From Oculatellaceae cyanobacterium bins.114 (GTDB lineage: Bacteria; Cyanobacteriota; Cyanobacteriia; Elainellales; Elainellaceae), in NCBI GenBank assembly GCA_033764315.1, contig JANRJA010000110.1:1-16955 (forward strand): DNA of 16,955 nt, read 5' to 3'. The position numbers and the translations under genes were made by a program. The notes beneath the pieces are model-generated. The model ran no database searches, was not told the DNA's origin, and saw only the letters and a list, made by a program, of their open reading frames with translations. Positions 8,269-16,819 of this stretch are shown here, in pieces. Within the stretch, counting starts at the first letter, position 1. Every line of letters starts with the position of its first letter.

Positions 8269-8553
8269 GCTACGGCATACTTGTTGCGGCATACTTTGCT
8301 ACGGCACACACAAATCTCGACTCATTCCAAAAATCTTACAAGATCCCCATAAATTACCCTTGAGGAAGGAGACTTTGAGTTCAGTTCCCTCCGTGGTTAC
8401 GCTACTGTGTACACACAAGCGATCAGGTCTAGTACCATTTTTTCCTCTCATCCCCTCGCCCTCTCTCCCAACAACGAGCGAGGGGAAATTGCAAGAGTCA
8501 ATTAAACTTCTTGCTTCCTTTCTCTCAAAAAGGGAAAGGTTAGGGGATGAGGG
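8269..8553. repeat. Stack of degenerate REP/MITE-like repeats
   Basis: Three ~14-nt tandem units at 8269-8311; GCTACTGTGTACACACAAG at 8401; perfect inverted arms CTCATCCCCT (8447-8456) and AGGGGATGAG (8542-8551). Confidence 0.65.
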
Positions 8554-8647
8554 CAACTCCTCAGAAACAATTTTTGGCTGGCCCGACCATCAGAAAACAA
8601 CCGATTCGCACCAGTAGAGAGTTCCTGATTCTAAAATTCATGACCCT

Positions 8648-11344
8648 ATGCGACAGTATGGTTCCCCTTTAGAAAAACCGTTAGAAAAACCGTCTTTATT
8701 CAGGCGTCACTCCAGAAAACAAATTCCTGTTGCTATTAAAATTGCTGGAATTTATTTTCTGATGGGCTTTCTGTGGGTTTTTTATTCAGATTGGGGGTTA
8801 AGCATTCTGCTTGATCGTCCGCTAGATACCCTGACTCAAGCACAAACTATTAAGGGGTGGTTTTATGTAATCGTCACCTCTGGACTGCTGTATTGGTTGG
8901 TGAACCGAGAGATCAGAGCTAACAAACGTTCTACGACTCAATTACAAACCACCCTTGCAGAGCTAATGACAACTAGAGAGGCATTGCAAGAAAGTGAGGA
9001 GCGGTTTCGGGTCTTTATGGACAATAGTCCGACGTCTGCTTGGATTACCGATTTAGACGGACGGATGGAATATGTCAACCAGACCTATCAGCGCATGTTT
9101 CAGGTGCCCGCTGATTTGCTGGGACAGAGCGTGTTTGACCTGTATCCCCGCGAGATTGCTGAAGTCTATGTAGACAACCTGCGGATCGTTGTTGAGCACG
9201 GACAGGTTTTAGAGGCAATTGAACCGGGAGTTCGATTTGACGGCACCCCCGGTGAATTTCTGGTATACAAGTTTCTATTGCCAGGACGAGATGGATGTCT
9301 GTCGATTGGTGGCGTAGCACTGGATATCACTGAGCAGCAAGCAGTGTTGCGCGATCGCCTCCAGTCTGAAACCATCATCAGAGAGAGTGAAAGACGATTT
9401 CGGGGACTGGTGGAAAATGCCTCCGATATCATTACGATTTTGGATCGAGCAGGCAATTTTTGCTACGCTAGCCCTTCGGCTGAGATCATTTTGGGATATT
9501 CCAACGCAGATGTATTGGGCAAAAGTGCTCTGGAATTTGTTCATCCAGAGGATGCGGGCGTAATTGTTCAAACAATTCAATCGGCACTGCTGCAACCTGG
9601 GATTAGTTTGCCTGTGGTGGAATATCGAGTACGGCACAGGAATGGAGATTGGCGCACGTTTGAGGCAGTGACCCGCAATCTCTTAGACGATCCGGCGATC
9701 GCCGGAATTGTAGTCAACTGTCGCGACATCAGCGATCGCAAACTAGCTGAAGCAGCCCTGCAAGCCAGTGAAACTCGCTATCGCCAAATTGTAGAGACTC
9801 AAACTGATTTTGTGTTGCGATCGACCGCTAACACCACCATTACCTTTGCCAATACAACCCTCTGTCGAGCCTTGGGGAAATCTCTCAAGCAGCTGATTGG
9901 CACTTCATGGAGCGCGTTTGTCTCACCAGAAGAGGTGGATGTGCTGTATCACAAAATTGCTGCCCTTAGCCCTAACCAACCCACTTTTGAAAATATCAAT
10001 TCTGATTATCGTTCTGATGGTCAGATAGGCTGGACACAATGGATCAACCTGGGTATTTTTGATGCTCAAGGTAACCTCATCGAAATTCAATCAGTGGGGC
10101 GAGATGTGACAGCACAAAAACAGCTAGAGCAAGCATTACGACAACAGGCAGAACGACTAGAACTAACCAGTGCGATCGCCCAACGAATTCGTCAAACCCT
10201 TCACCTAAAAGAGATCCTCAACACCACCGTGTCTGAAATTAAACAGTGGCTCCAGACCGATCGGGTGGTTGTTTATCAATTTGCCCCAGACATGAGTGGA
10301 ACCGTTGTAGCAGAAGCTGTTACAGCAGGGTGGCAAACAGCATTAAATGCAGAGATTCAAGATACCTGTTTTCAAACAACAACTGGGACAGCTTATATTC
10401 AAGGACGGAGACAAGCGATTGACAACATTTACACCGCTGGATTAACCGAGTGTCACCTGCAATTGCTAGAACAATTTGAGGTCAAAGCTAATTTAGTGGT
10501 GCCTATTGTGTTAATGGGTGAAGAATGCCAAGCCAATCTTTGGGGATTGTTGGTCGCTCATCAATGCTCTGCCCCCCGCAAATGGCAGGTTGAACAACTC
10601 GATTTGTTAGATCAAATAGCGGTGCAATTGGCGATCGCCATTCAGCAGGCACAAGCCTTTGAGCAAGCACAAACTGAGTTAGCAGAGCGACAACAGGTAG
10701 AAACTCAACTGCGATCGGCACTGACCGAAAAAGAAGTGTTATTAAAAGAGATTCACCATCGAGTGAAAAACAACTTGCAGATTGTATCTGGTCTATTGCA
10801 GCTTCAAGCGCAGGGATTAAGTGACACCAAAACTGTAAATGCGCTCAGAGAGAGCCAATCTCGCATTGAATCAATGTCGTTGATTCACAAAAAATTATAT
10901 ACCTCATCCGATCTGGGACAAATTGATGTAGCCGATTACATCCAAAATCTAGCGGTTAGCTTGTTAACCACCTATCAGATTTCTCCTGGATCGATTGCCT
11001 TAAATGTGGATGTAGAATCTGTTATTTTAAACCTTGATCAGGCAATTCCCTGTGGATTGATCATCAATGAATTAGTGTCAAATGCACTAAAACATGCCTT
11101 TCTAATAGATCAACCTGGAGAAATTAATATTAAGTTGTGTCAGGTTGATGAACATTTGAAATTGACTATTCAAGATAATGGAGTTGGTTTACCCGAACAG
11201 ATCAATTGGCAAGAAACCCAATCTTTAGGTCTTTCACTAGTTTATGCTCTGGCAACTGAGCAATTAGACGGGGAGCTTGTCGTGGATCACAGTGGTGGGA
11301 TGACATTCATCATACAATTTCCCAATCTGTATCATGACAGTTGA
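8648..11344 (+). CDS. Membrane-anchored sensor histidine kinase: 2 TM, 3 PAS/PAC, cyanobacteriochrome GAF (DXCF type), HisKA_2, HATPase
   Basis: N-terminal TM pair (WVFYSD...QTIKGWFYV). Three PAS domains ending in DIT, DIS and DVT. GAF with TDRVVVYQF, DTCF (10361-10372), ECHLQLL (Cys at 10451) and KANLVVPI/LWGLLVAHQC. H-box EIHHRVKNNLQ, NELVSNALKHAF, DNGVG and SLGL. Confidence 0.93.
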   Translation: MRQYGSPLEKPLEKPSLFRRHSRKQIPVAIKIAGIYFLMGFLWVFYSDWGLSILLDRPLDTLTQAQTIKGWFYVIVTSGLLYWLVNREIRANKRSTTQLQTTLAELMTTREALQESEERFRVFMDNSPTSAWITDLDGRMEYVNQTYQRMFQVPADLLGQSVFDLYPREIAEVYVDNLRIVVEHGQVLEAIEPGVRFDGTPGEFLVYKFLLPGRDGCLSIGGVALDITEQQAVLRDRLQSETIIRESERRFRGLVENASDIITILDRAGNFCYASPSAEIILGYSNADVLGKSALEFVHPEDAGVIVQTIQSALLQPGISLPVVEYRVRHRNGDWRTFEAVTRNLLDDPAIAGIVVNCRDISDRKLAEAALQASETRYRQIVETQTDFVLRSTANTTITFANTTLCRALGKSLKQLIGTSWSAFVSPEEVDVLYHKIAALSPNQPTFENINSDYRSDGQIGWTQWINLGIFDAQGNLIEIQSVGRDVTAQKQLEQALRQQAERLELTSAIAQRIRQTLHLKEILNTTVSEIKQWLQTDRVVVYQFAPDMSGTVVAEAVTAGWQTALNAEIQDTCFQTTTGTAYIQGRRQAIDNIYTAGLTECHLQLLEQFEVKANLVVPIVLMGEECQANLWGLLVAHQCSAPRKWQVEQLDLLDQIAVQLAIAIQQAQAFEQAQTELAERQQVETQLRSALTEKEVLLKEIHHRVKNNLQIVSGLLQLQAQGLSDTKTVNALRESQSRIESMSLIHKKLYTSSDLGQIDVADYIQNLAVSLLTTYQISPGSIALNVDVESVILNLDQAIPCGLIINELVSNALKHAFLIDQPGEINIKLCQVDEHLKLTIQDNGVGLPEQINWQETQSLGLSLVYALATEQLDGELVVDHSGGMTFIIQFPNLYHDS

Positions 11345-11350
11345 GGTTGA

Positions 11351-12847
11351 ATGGCTACTCCAAAAATCCTGATCGTCGAAGATGAAGTGATTGTGGCAAA
11401 AATCATTGCCAATCAACTCAAACAATTGGGATATGTCGTTACAGACACCGTTTCATCGGGGGCAGCGGCGATCGCCAAAGTGTCTGAGGTCAGACCTGAT
11501 CTGATCTTGATGGATATTGTCTTAAAAGGAGAGATCGACGGGATTACAACAGCCAGCCAAATTCGAGAGCACCTCGACATTCCTGTCATTTACCTGACAG
11601 CTTACGCAGATGACCAAACATTGCAACGGGCAAAGACTTCTCAACCCTTTGGCTATATTATTAAGCCCTTTACGGCAAATGATTTGCGCGTCGCCATTGA
11701 GATGGGGCTATTTAAACATCAACTTACCCAAGAATTGCAAGAAAACCGTGATCAACTGGCAACCCTCTTACACTCAATGAGCGATGCGGTGATTGCGACC
11801 GATGCCCAAGGATGTATTACATTTATGAACCCCGCGGCAGAAGCCTTGACCGAATGGCAACAGGATGAAGCTCTGGGTAAAGAAGTAACCGAAATCTTAC
11901 AATTGGTCAACGAAATCACTCAAAATCCAGCCGAAAATCCAGTTGCAAAAGTTCTTCGAGACCAGCAAGTGGCTTATCTCGATGACTTTACGGCCTTGGT
12001 CGCCAGAGGAGGAAAGCACATCCCTGTGGGAGATAGTGCCTCGCCTTTAAGGCGGCAGTCGGGCGAAGTGTTGGGGGTGGTTGCCGTGTTTTGGGATATG
12101 AGCGATCGCCGCCAGAGGGAACTGCTCGCCCAGGCACTTGAAAAAGAACGAGAACTCAATCTGCTCAAGTCTCAGTTTGTCTCGACAGTCTCCCACGAAT
12201 TCCGCAATCCATTGGCGGTTATTCGGACAGCAGCCGAGTTGCTAGGGCAACCCAGCGGTGTGACAGAAGACAAAAAAACCGCCTACCTGCACCGCATCAA
12301 ATCATCCGTTCGTTCGATGAATCAACTGATGGAAGATGTTTTGTTGATGGGGCAAGCGGAAGCAAATCGGCTCACATGCACCCCAGCCCCCTTAGAACTA
12401 GAAAAATTTTGTCGCAACCTAGTTGAAGAATTTACGATTGTTGAGGCTAGTTCACACACGATTCTGTTTAATAGTCAGGGAGACTGCGCCCAGGCTCAAA
12501 TGGATGAGAAACTGTTGCGCTATATTTTGACTAATCTTTTATCTAACGCCATCAAATATTCTCCTCCAAGCAGCACGATTCAGTTTCTATTGACCATTAA
12601 TCCGGTCGAGCAAGTCGCCCTTTTTCAGATTCAAGATCCCGGTATTGGCATTCCCGAAGCGGATCAAGCTCGTCTGTTTGATTCATTTTTTCGGGCTTCT
12701 AATGTCCGCTCAATTCAAGGAACAGGGCTAGGGTTAGCGATCGTTAAACGTTGTGTTGATGCGCATCAGGGGCAGATTTCAGTGACCAGTCAAGTTGACG
12801 TTGGCACCACTATTCACCTGACATTGCCCTTGAGAGTCAAAGAATAA
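11351..12847 (+). CDS. Hybrid histidine kinase REC-PAS-HisKA-HATPase
   Basis: ILIVEDE, DLILMD and KPF receiver motifs; PAS domain; SHEFRNPL H-box; NLLSNAIKYS, DPGIGIP and GTGLGL. 6-nt gap after the upstream kinase. Confidence 0.95.
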   Translation: MATPKILIVEDEVIVAKIIANQLKQLGYVVTDTVSSGAAAIAKVSEVRPDLILMDIVLKGEIDGITTASQIREHLDIPVIYLTAYADDQTLQRAKTSQPFGYIIKPFTANDLRVAIEMGLFKHQLTQELQENRDQLATLLHSMSDAVIATDAQGCITFMNPAAEALTEWQQDEALGKEVTEILQLVNEITQNPAENPVAKVLRDQQVAYLDDFTALVARGGKHIPVGDSASPLRRQSGEVLGVVAVFWDMSDRRQRELLAQALEKERELNLLKSQFVSTVSHEFRNPLAVIRTAAELLGQPSGVTEDKKTAYLHRIKSSVRSMNQLMEDVLLMGQAEANRLTCTPAPLELEKFCRNLVEEFTIVEASSHTILFNSQGDCAQAQMDEKLLRYILTNLLSNAIKYSPPSSTIQFLLTINPVEQVALFQIQDPGIGIPEADQARLFDSFFRASNVRSIQGTGLGLAIVKRCVDAHQGQISVTSQVDVGTTIHLTLPLRVKE

Positions 12848-13147
12848 GGACAGAGCGCAGGTGTGCTAAGAGTTTTAGGTGTTGCTGAATACGAGTATGA
12901 TGCAAAGCAACTTGCACATCGCTTATGGTTGAATCGGTATTCAGTAAGAGAGGGGGATGGGAGAGTTCATTTCAGCACTCAGCACCATCAACTCACGCCC
13001 CATGACTCATCCTGACCCGCGACCCCAAACCGATTAAAAACAAGATTTGCGATAGAACAATGGCGACAGCAATGCTACTCTTCTCCTTGAGGCTCTAGTT
13101 TCAAACGGCTTGACATAGCCTTCATCTCTTGATCTTCTACAACCTTC

Positions 13148-13783
13148 ATGAGCAATCTGAACCGTATTCTCATCTTGTTCGCTCACCCTGCTTTAGAAAA
13201 GTCACGGATTAATCGGCGACTCATTCGGACTGTTGCAGAGACAGAATCCGTTACTGTTCACGACCTCTACGAGCACTATCCCAATTTCCATATCAACGTC
13301 AAGGTAGAGCAAGAGCTGTTGCTGGCCCACGATATCATCGTCTTTCAGCATCCTTTTTATTGGTATAGCAGTCCCGCGATCCTTAAAGAGTGGCAAGATT
13401 TGGTACTGCAATATGGGTTTGCCTATGGGCATCAGGGGACAGCGTTACACGGTAAAAAAGTTCTCTCTGCTATCACGACTGGAGGTAGCCAAGAAGCCTA
13501 TTGTCGAGAGGGACATAACTACTTCACCATTCGAGAATTGCTGGCTCCCTTTGAGCAGACGGCGCGGCTTTGTGGCATGGACTATCTTCCTCCATTTGTG
13601 ATTCATGGGGTGCATCAGCTCAACGATGAGGCTTACATTACGCAGCATGTAGAAGATTACAAGCGGGTGATTGTGGCTCTGCGCGATCGCACCATTGCCT
13701 GGGAGCATCTCGCCCATGCTACCTATTTCAACAAAGCCCTCGATCAGGTCATCAAAACTCAAGAGGTGCCGCACCATGCATAA
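13148..13783 (+). CDS. kefG: KefG/KefF-family NAD(P)H-dependent oxidoreductase, ancillary protein of Kef
   Basis: LFAHP, HDLYEHYP, QHPFYWYSSPAILKEWQDLVL..GFAYG and TTGG motifs (flavodoxin_2 fold). Overlaps the downstream Kef gene. The symbol could equally be kefF. Confidence 0.9.
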   Translation: MSNLNRILILFAHPALEKSRINRRLIRTVAETESVTVHDLYEHYPNFHINVKVEQELLLAHDIIVFQHPFYWYSSPAILKEWQDLVLQYGFAYGHQGTALHGKKVLSAITTGGSQEAYCREGHNYFTIRELLAPFEQTARLCGMDYLPPFVIHGVHQLNDEAYITQHVEDYKRVIVALRDRTIAWEHLAHATYFNKALDQVIKTQEVPHHA

Positions 13784-15683
13784 TGAAGGGTTTTTCTTTC
13801 AAGCATTTATTTATCTAACGGCGGCAGTCTTGTCAGTACCGATCGCCAATCGATTGGGGCTTGGTTCGGTGCTGGGTTATTTGATCGCAGGGGTGCTGAT
13901 CGGTCCTTTTGGGCTGCGCCTGGTGGGGCAAGAGGGCGAAGATGTGATGCACTTCGCTGAGTTTGGGGTGGTGATGATGCTCTTTTTAGTGGGGCTAGAG
14001 TTGCAACCTGAGCTATTGTGGCGACTGCGCCTGCCGATTTTGGGGTTGGGTGGTTTACAGGTGGTGGTGACGACGCTGGTTTTTGCAGGTATTGGGGTTT
14101 TGGTAGGGGTTCCCTGGCAGATGGCGATCGCCATTGGCATGATTCTCTCGATGTCATCCACCGCGATCGTGCTACAAACCCTCAACGAAAAAGGATTGAC
14201 CAAAACCGAAGGTGGACAATCTGCTTTTTCGGTGCTGCTGTTTCAAGATATTGCAGTTATTCCAATTTTGGCGTTTTTGCCACTGCTTGCAATGTCGGTT
14301 GGAGAATCAGCCTACAATTCTGTAAAGCATGCCGCTAATTCAGCAATTTTGGTTGCGGTCGAAGAATCGGCACAGCCCGCATTACCGCCCTGGCAACAGG
14401 CTTTGTTAGTGATGATCGTCGTCGGGGGCATTATCGTTGGCGGTCGGTTTCTCATGCGTCCGGTGTTTCGCTTCATTGCGGCGACGCGGCTACGGGAAAT
14501 TTTTACAGCGACTGCTCTATTGCTCGTGATTGGCATTGCTCTAGCCATGCAACTCGTTGGCTTGTCTCCGGCACTGGGCACCTTTGTCGCAGGAGTGGTG
14601 TTAGCTGATAACGAATATCGCCACGAGCTAGAGAGCGATATCGATCCGTTTAAGGGCTTGCTGTTAGGACTGTTTTTTATCTCGGTGGGAGCCAGCATCA
14701 ACTTTAGTTTGCTCATTCAGCAACCGCTGTTGATCTTGGGATTGGTAGTGACACTGGCGATCGCCAAGTTTGCGGTTTTATTCATCTTAGGGCGAGTCTT
14801 TAAGTTGCAATTGAGTCAGGGGTTTCTACTGGCGTTTGCGCTGGCTCAGGGAGGAGAATTTGCCTTTGTTCTCTTTTCCTTTGCCCTTCAAACTAGGGTC
14901 TTGACTCCTGACCTAACAGCACCCTTAGTGGCGGTGGTTGCTCTGTCGATGATGTTGACACCATTATTGATGATTATAAATGACAAGTTTGTGCAGCCAC
15001 GCTTTGCAAACCTGACCCCTGAACGCGAAGCAGACGAAATTGATGACAACGAAAACCCAGTGATCATCGCTGGGTTTGGGCGATTTGGACAAATTGTCGG
15101 ACGGTTGCTCCTGGCAAATGGCTGCAAAATCACAGTGTTAGATCACAATCCAACTCAAATTGAACTATTGCGACGCTTTGAGTGGAAAGTCTTTTATGGA
15201 GACGCATCGCGGCTTGACTTGTTGCATGCGGCAGGGGCAGAGCGGGCTAGGCTGTTGGTGATTGCGATCGATGAGCGAGATGCAATTTTAGAAATCGTTC
15301 ATCTGGCACACAAACATTATCCCCATCTTAAAATCTTGGCACGGGCGATCGATCGCCGCCACGCCTATGAGTTAGTTCGGCGAGGGGTAGATGTCATTCA
15401 ACGAGAGACGTTTGGGTCAGCGTTAGACATGGGAGTCGAAGCATTGAAACTGTTGGGAGTTCGCTCTTATAAGGCTCACCGTGCTGCACAGACGTTTAGA
15501 CACCATGATGAAGAGGCATTACACGAAATTGCCATGACTGAGGGAGATGAAACCGTTATCGCAGCGCGATCGCGACAACTCGCCAAAGATCTAGAGCAAC
15601 TGTTGCAAGCGGATGAAGAAGATTTCATTCACGACGTAGATCTAGCGTGGGATACGACCGCTATCCGCAAGGATGTCAGTTGA
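13776..15683 (+). CDS. kefB: Glutathione-regulated K+ efflux protein KefB/KefC (CPA2 plus KTN/RCK domain)
   Basis: LGSVLGYLIAG, LFQD, YRHELESDIDPFKGLLLGLFF (HELE regulatory loop), QGGEFAFV, GFGRFGQIVGRLL and FYGDASR motifs. ATG at 13776 overlaps the kefG stop (ATGCATAA). kefB versus kefC cannot be resolved with certainty. Confidence 0.93.
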   Translation: MHNEGFFFQAFIYLTAAVLSVPIANRLGLGSVLGYLIAGVLIGPFGLRLVGQEGEDVMHFAEFGVVMMLFLVGLELQPELLWRLRLPILGLGGLQVVVTTLVFAGIGVLVGVPWQMAIAIGMILSMSSTAIVLQTLNEKGLTKTEGGQSAFSVLLFQDIAVIPILAFLPLLAMSVGESAYNSVKHAANSAILVAVEESAQPALPPWQQALLVMIVVGGIIVGGRFLMRPVFRFIAATRLREIFTATALLLVIGIALAMQLVGLSPALGTFVAGVVLADNEYRHELESDIDPFKGLLLGLFFISVGASINFSLLIQQPLLILGLVVTLAIAKFAVLFILGRVFKLQLSQGFLLAFALAQGGEFAFVLFSFALQTRVLTPDLTAPLVAVVALSMMLTPLLMIINDKFVQPRFANLTPEREADEIDDNENPVIIAGFGRFGQIVGRLLLANGCKITVLDHNPTQIELLRRFEWKVFYGDASRLDLLHAAGAERARLLVIAIDERDAILEIVHLAHKHYPHLKILARAIDRRHAYELVRRGVDVIQRETFGSALDMGVEALKLLGVRSYKAHRAAQTFRHHDEEALHEIAMTEGDETVIAARSRQLAKDLEQLLQADEEDFIHDVDLAWDTTAIRKDVS

Positions 15684-15805
15684 ACTGTCACAACTGAACG
15701 GCTTAAATTGATAAGCCCTACGCATCAGCATTAAGTAAGAGATGCGGGAGCTTCGCCCCCAGACAGTGGGTATGCAACCTCAGATCCAGGTCATTGGGAT
15801 ACCCA

Positions 15806-15912
15806 ATGTGCAACTATTCCAGATCCCCGGTTTCTAGGGATGTAACGAGGCACCTTTCAATCATCTCCAACAGGAAACCAGGGATCTAAATTCCTAAATT
15901 GCACATCGCGTC
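15806..15912. repeat. Nested inverted-repeat (REP/MITE-like) element
   Basis: Outer arms ATGTGCAA (15806-15813) and TTGCACAT (15899-15906). Inner arms AGATCCCCGGTTTC (15821-15834) and GAAACCAGGGATCT (15874-15887) match 13/14. Confidence 0.7.
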
Positions 15913-15963
15913 GAAATGCTAACAAATAGCTTTCCCTGATTGTGAAAATTAGGGAAGAGATCC

Positions 15964-16365
15964 TCAACTTACTGTCGGCTTTTGCTCGTAGTAGCTGTTA
16001 ATGTGCTCATACACTGCATCAGGAAATGTCAAATCTTTGTAGACATTGCAGTTATCAGGATCTTCAGAATTAGGACAAATTGGAAAGTCTTGATGTTGTT
16101 GCCACTCTAAAATGCGTTCTCGTTTTGGTGGGTTGTAGTCTTTCCCTTCAACTTGCCGCACTAACGCTTTAGCGTCTCCCTCATTACACTCTGGGTCTTT
16201 CATTAAATAGTCAACCAACTCTTGGTCATCCATAAAATGGCGTGCCACCATTGCAAATACTAATCTGCCATAGTGACCAATCTCTTGCCCTGCCTCAAGT
16301 GCATCGAGCAGATGTGCCATCATTGAGTTTTTTTGCAATTCATTTTTTTGTGTTTTGTTTGCCAT
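15964..16365 (-). CDS. Hypothetical protein resembling the primase large-subunit C-terminal domain (PriL-CTD/PriX-like)
   Basis: 133 aa from the ATG at 16365. Motifs MAHLLDALEAGQEIGHYGRL, YNPP and ICP...DNC. The ORF is well supported; the fold assignment is inference. Confidence 0.75.
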   Translation of the reverse strand: MANKTQKNELQKNSMMAHLLDALEAGQEIGHYGRLVFAMVARHFMDDQELVDYLMKDPECNEGDAKALVRQVEGKDYNPPKRERILEWQQHQDFPICPNSEDPDNCNVYKDLTFPDAVYEHINSYYEQKPTVS

Positions 16366-16696
16366 AACTCTCAATCTAATTGTGTCTACCTGCTGATGTA
16401 ACCTATGTCTCCGTTATAGGCTTTGTAGTCGTTAACGACGTCTATCGCAGGTGGGTTTTTAGTGCAAGTGTACCACTCTAAACCATCCTCAGTAATGACA
16501 TATTAGGGAGTTGGGTTGAGGATTGCTCTTTTTCTAGAGCAAGATGTCGGTTCTGTTGGGTTGCGTGATGATTAACAAACACCATTCGTTCAAAAGTAAC
16601 GTGCTTTTAACGCCGGAGATAACCCGATGAGAGACACTGCTAAGCAACATGAGGGAGAACTATCTCTCAGAAATCCATCTTTACAACTCGTCCTTA

Positions 16697-16816
16697 GTAC
16701 AACTCGTCGTAAATAGGGGTGGGAATTTGGGGTGCAGGGGTGAAACCCCTGGCTGGGGATTGCGCCCCCACACCCCCTTGGTTTTATGTCCGAACCCTAT
16801 CTGTGAAAAGCAGTAC
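16697..16816. mobile_element. ~120-bp MITE with imperfect terminal inverted repeats and a TTA (or CTTAG) target duplication
   Basis: AGTACAACTCGTCGTAAATAGGG versus reverse complement of the right end AGTACTGCTTTTCACAGATAGGG, 16/23 identical. CTTAG at 16693-16697 and 16816-16820. Internal GC hairpins CAGGGGT-GAA-ACCCCTG and GGGGATTGCGCCCCC inside GGGGTG...CACCCC. Confidence 0.8.
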
Positions 16817-16819
16817 TTA

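Larger units (their letters stand above)
959..15573. repeat. HIP1 octamer GCGATCGC dispersed across the window
   Basis: About 25 perfect copies by eye (for example 959, 1955, 1993, 2029, 2631, 4873, 9351, 10631, 13683, 15566), against fewer than 1 expected by chance in 17 kb. Confidence 0.95.

Noticed and set aside
8269-8311. Possible CRISPR array
   Set aside because: The units are only about 14 nt, contiguous and without spacers, and there are no cas genes.
7886-8617. Short ORFs 7886-8152, 7956-8162, 8100-8309, 8299-8556 and 8360-8617
   Set aside because: They are translations of palindromic repeats with no recognisable protein motifs.
12905-13040. Possible c-di-AMP (ydaO) riboswitch upstream of a K+ transporter, suggested by ATCGCTTA...AGAGAGGGGGA
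   Set aside because: The conserved downstream blocks (GGGGTGAATC and CCCG..CAGCTAAC..CG) are absent, so repeat remnants explain the region better. An Rfam scan would settle it.
13671-13775. 35-aa N-terminal extension of KefB/C
   Set aside because: It overlaps kefG in another frame; the ATG at 13776 gives the typical coupled start.
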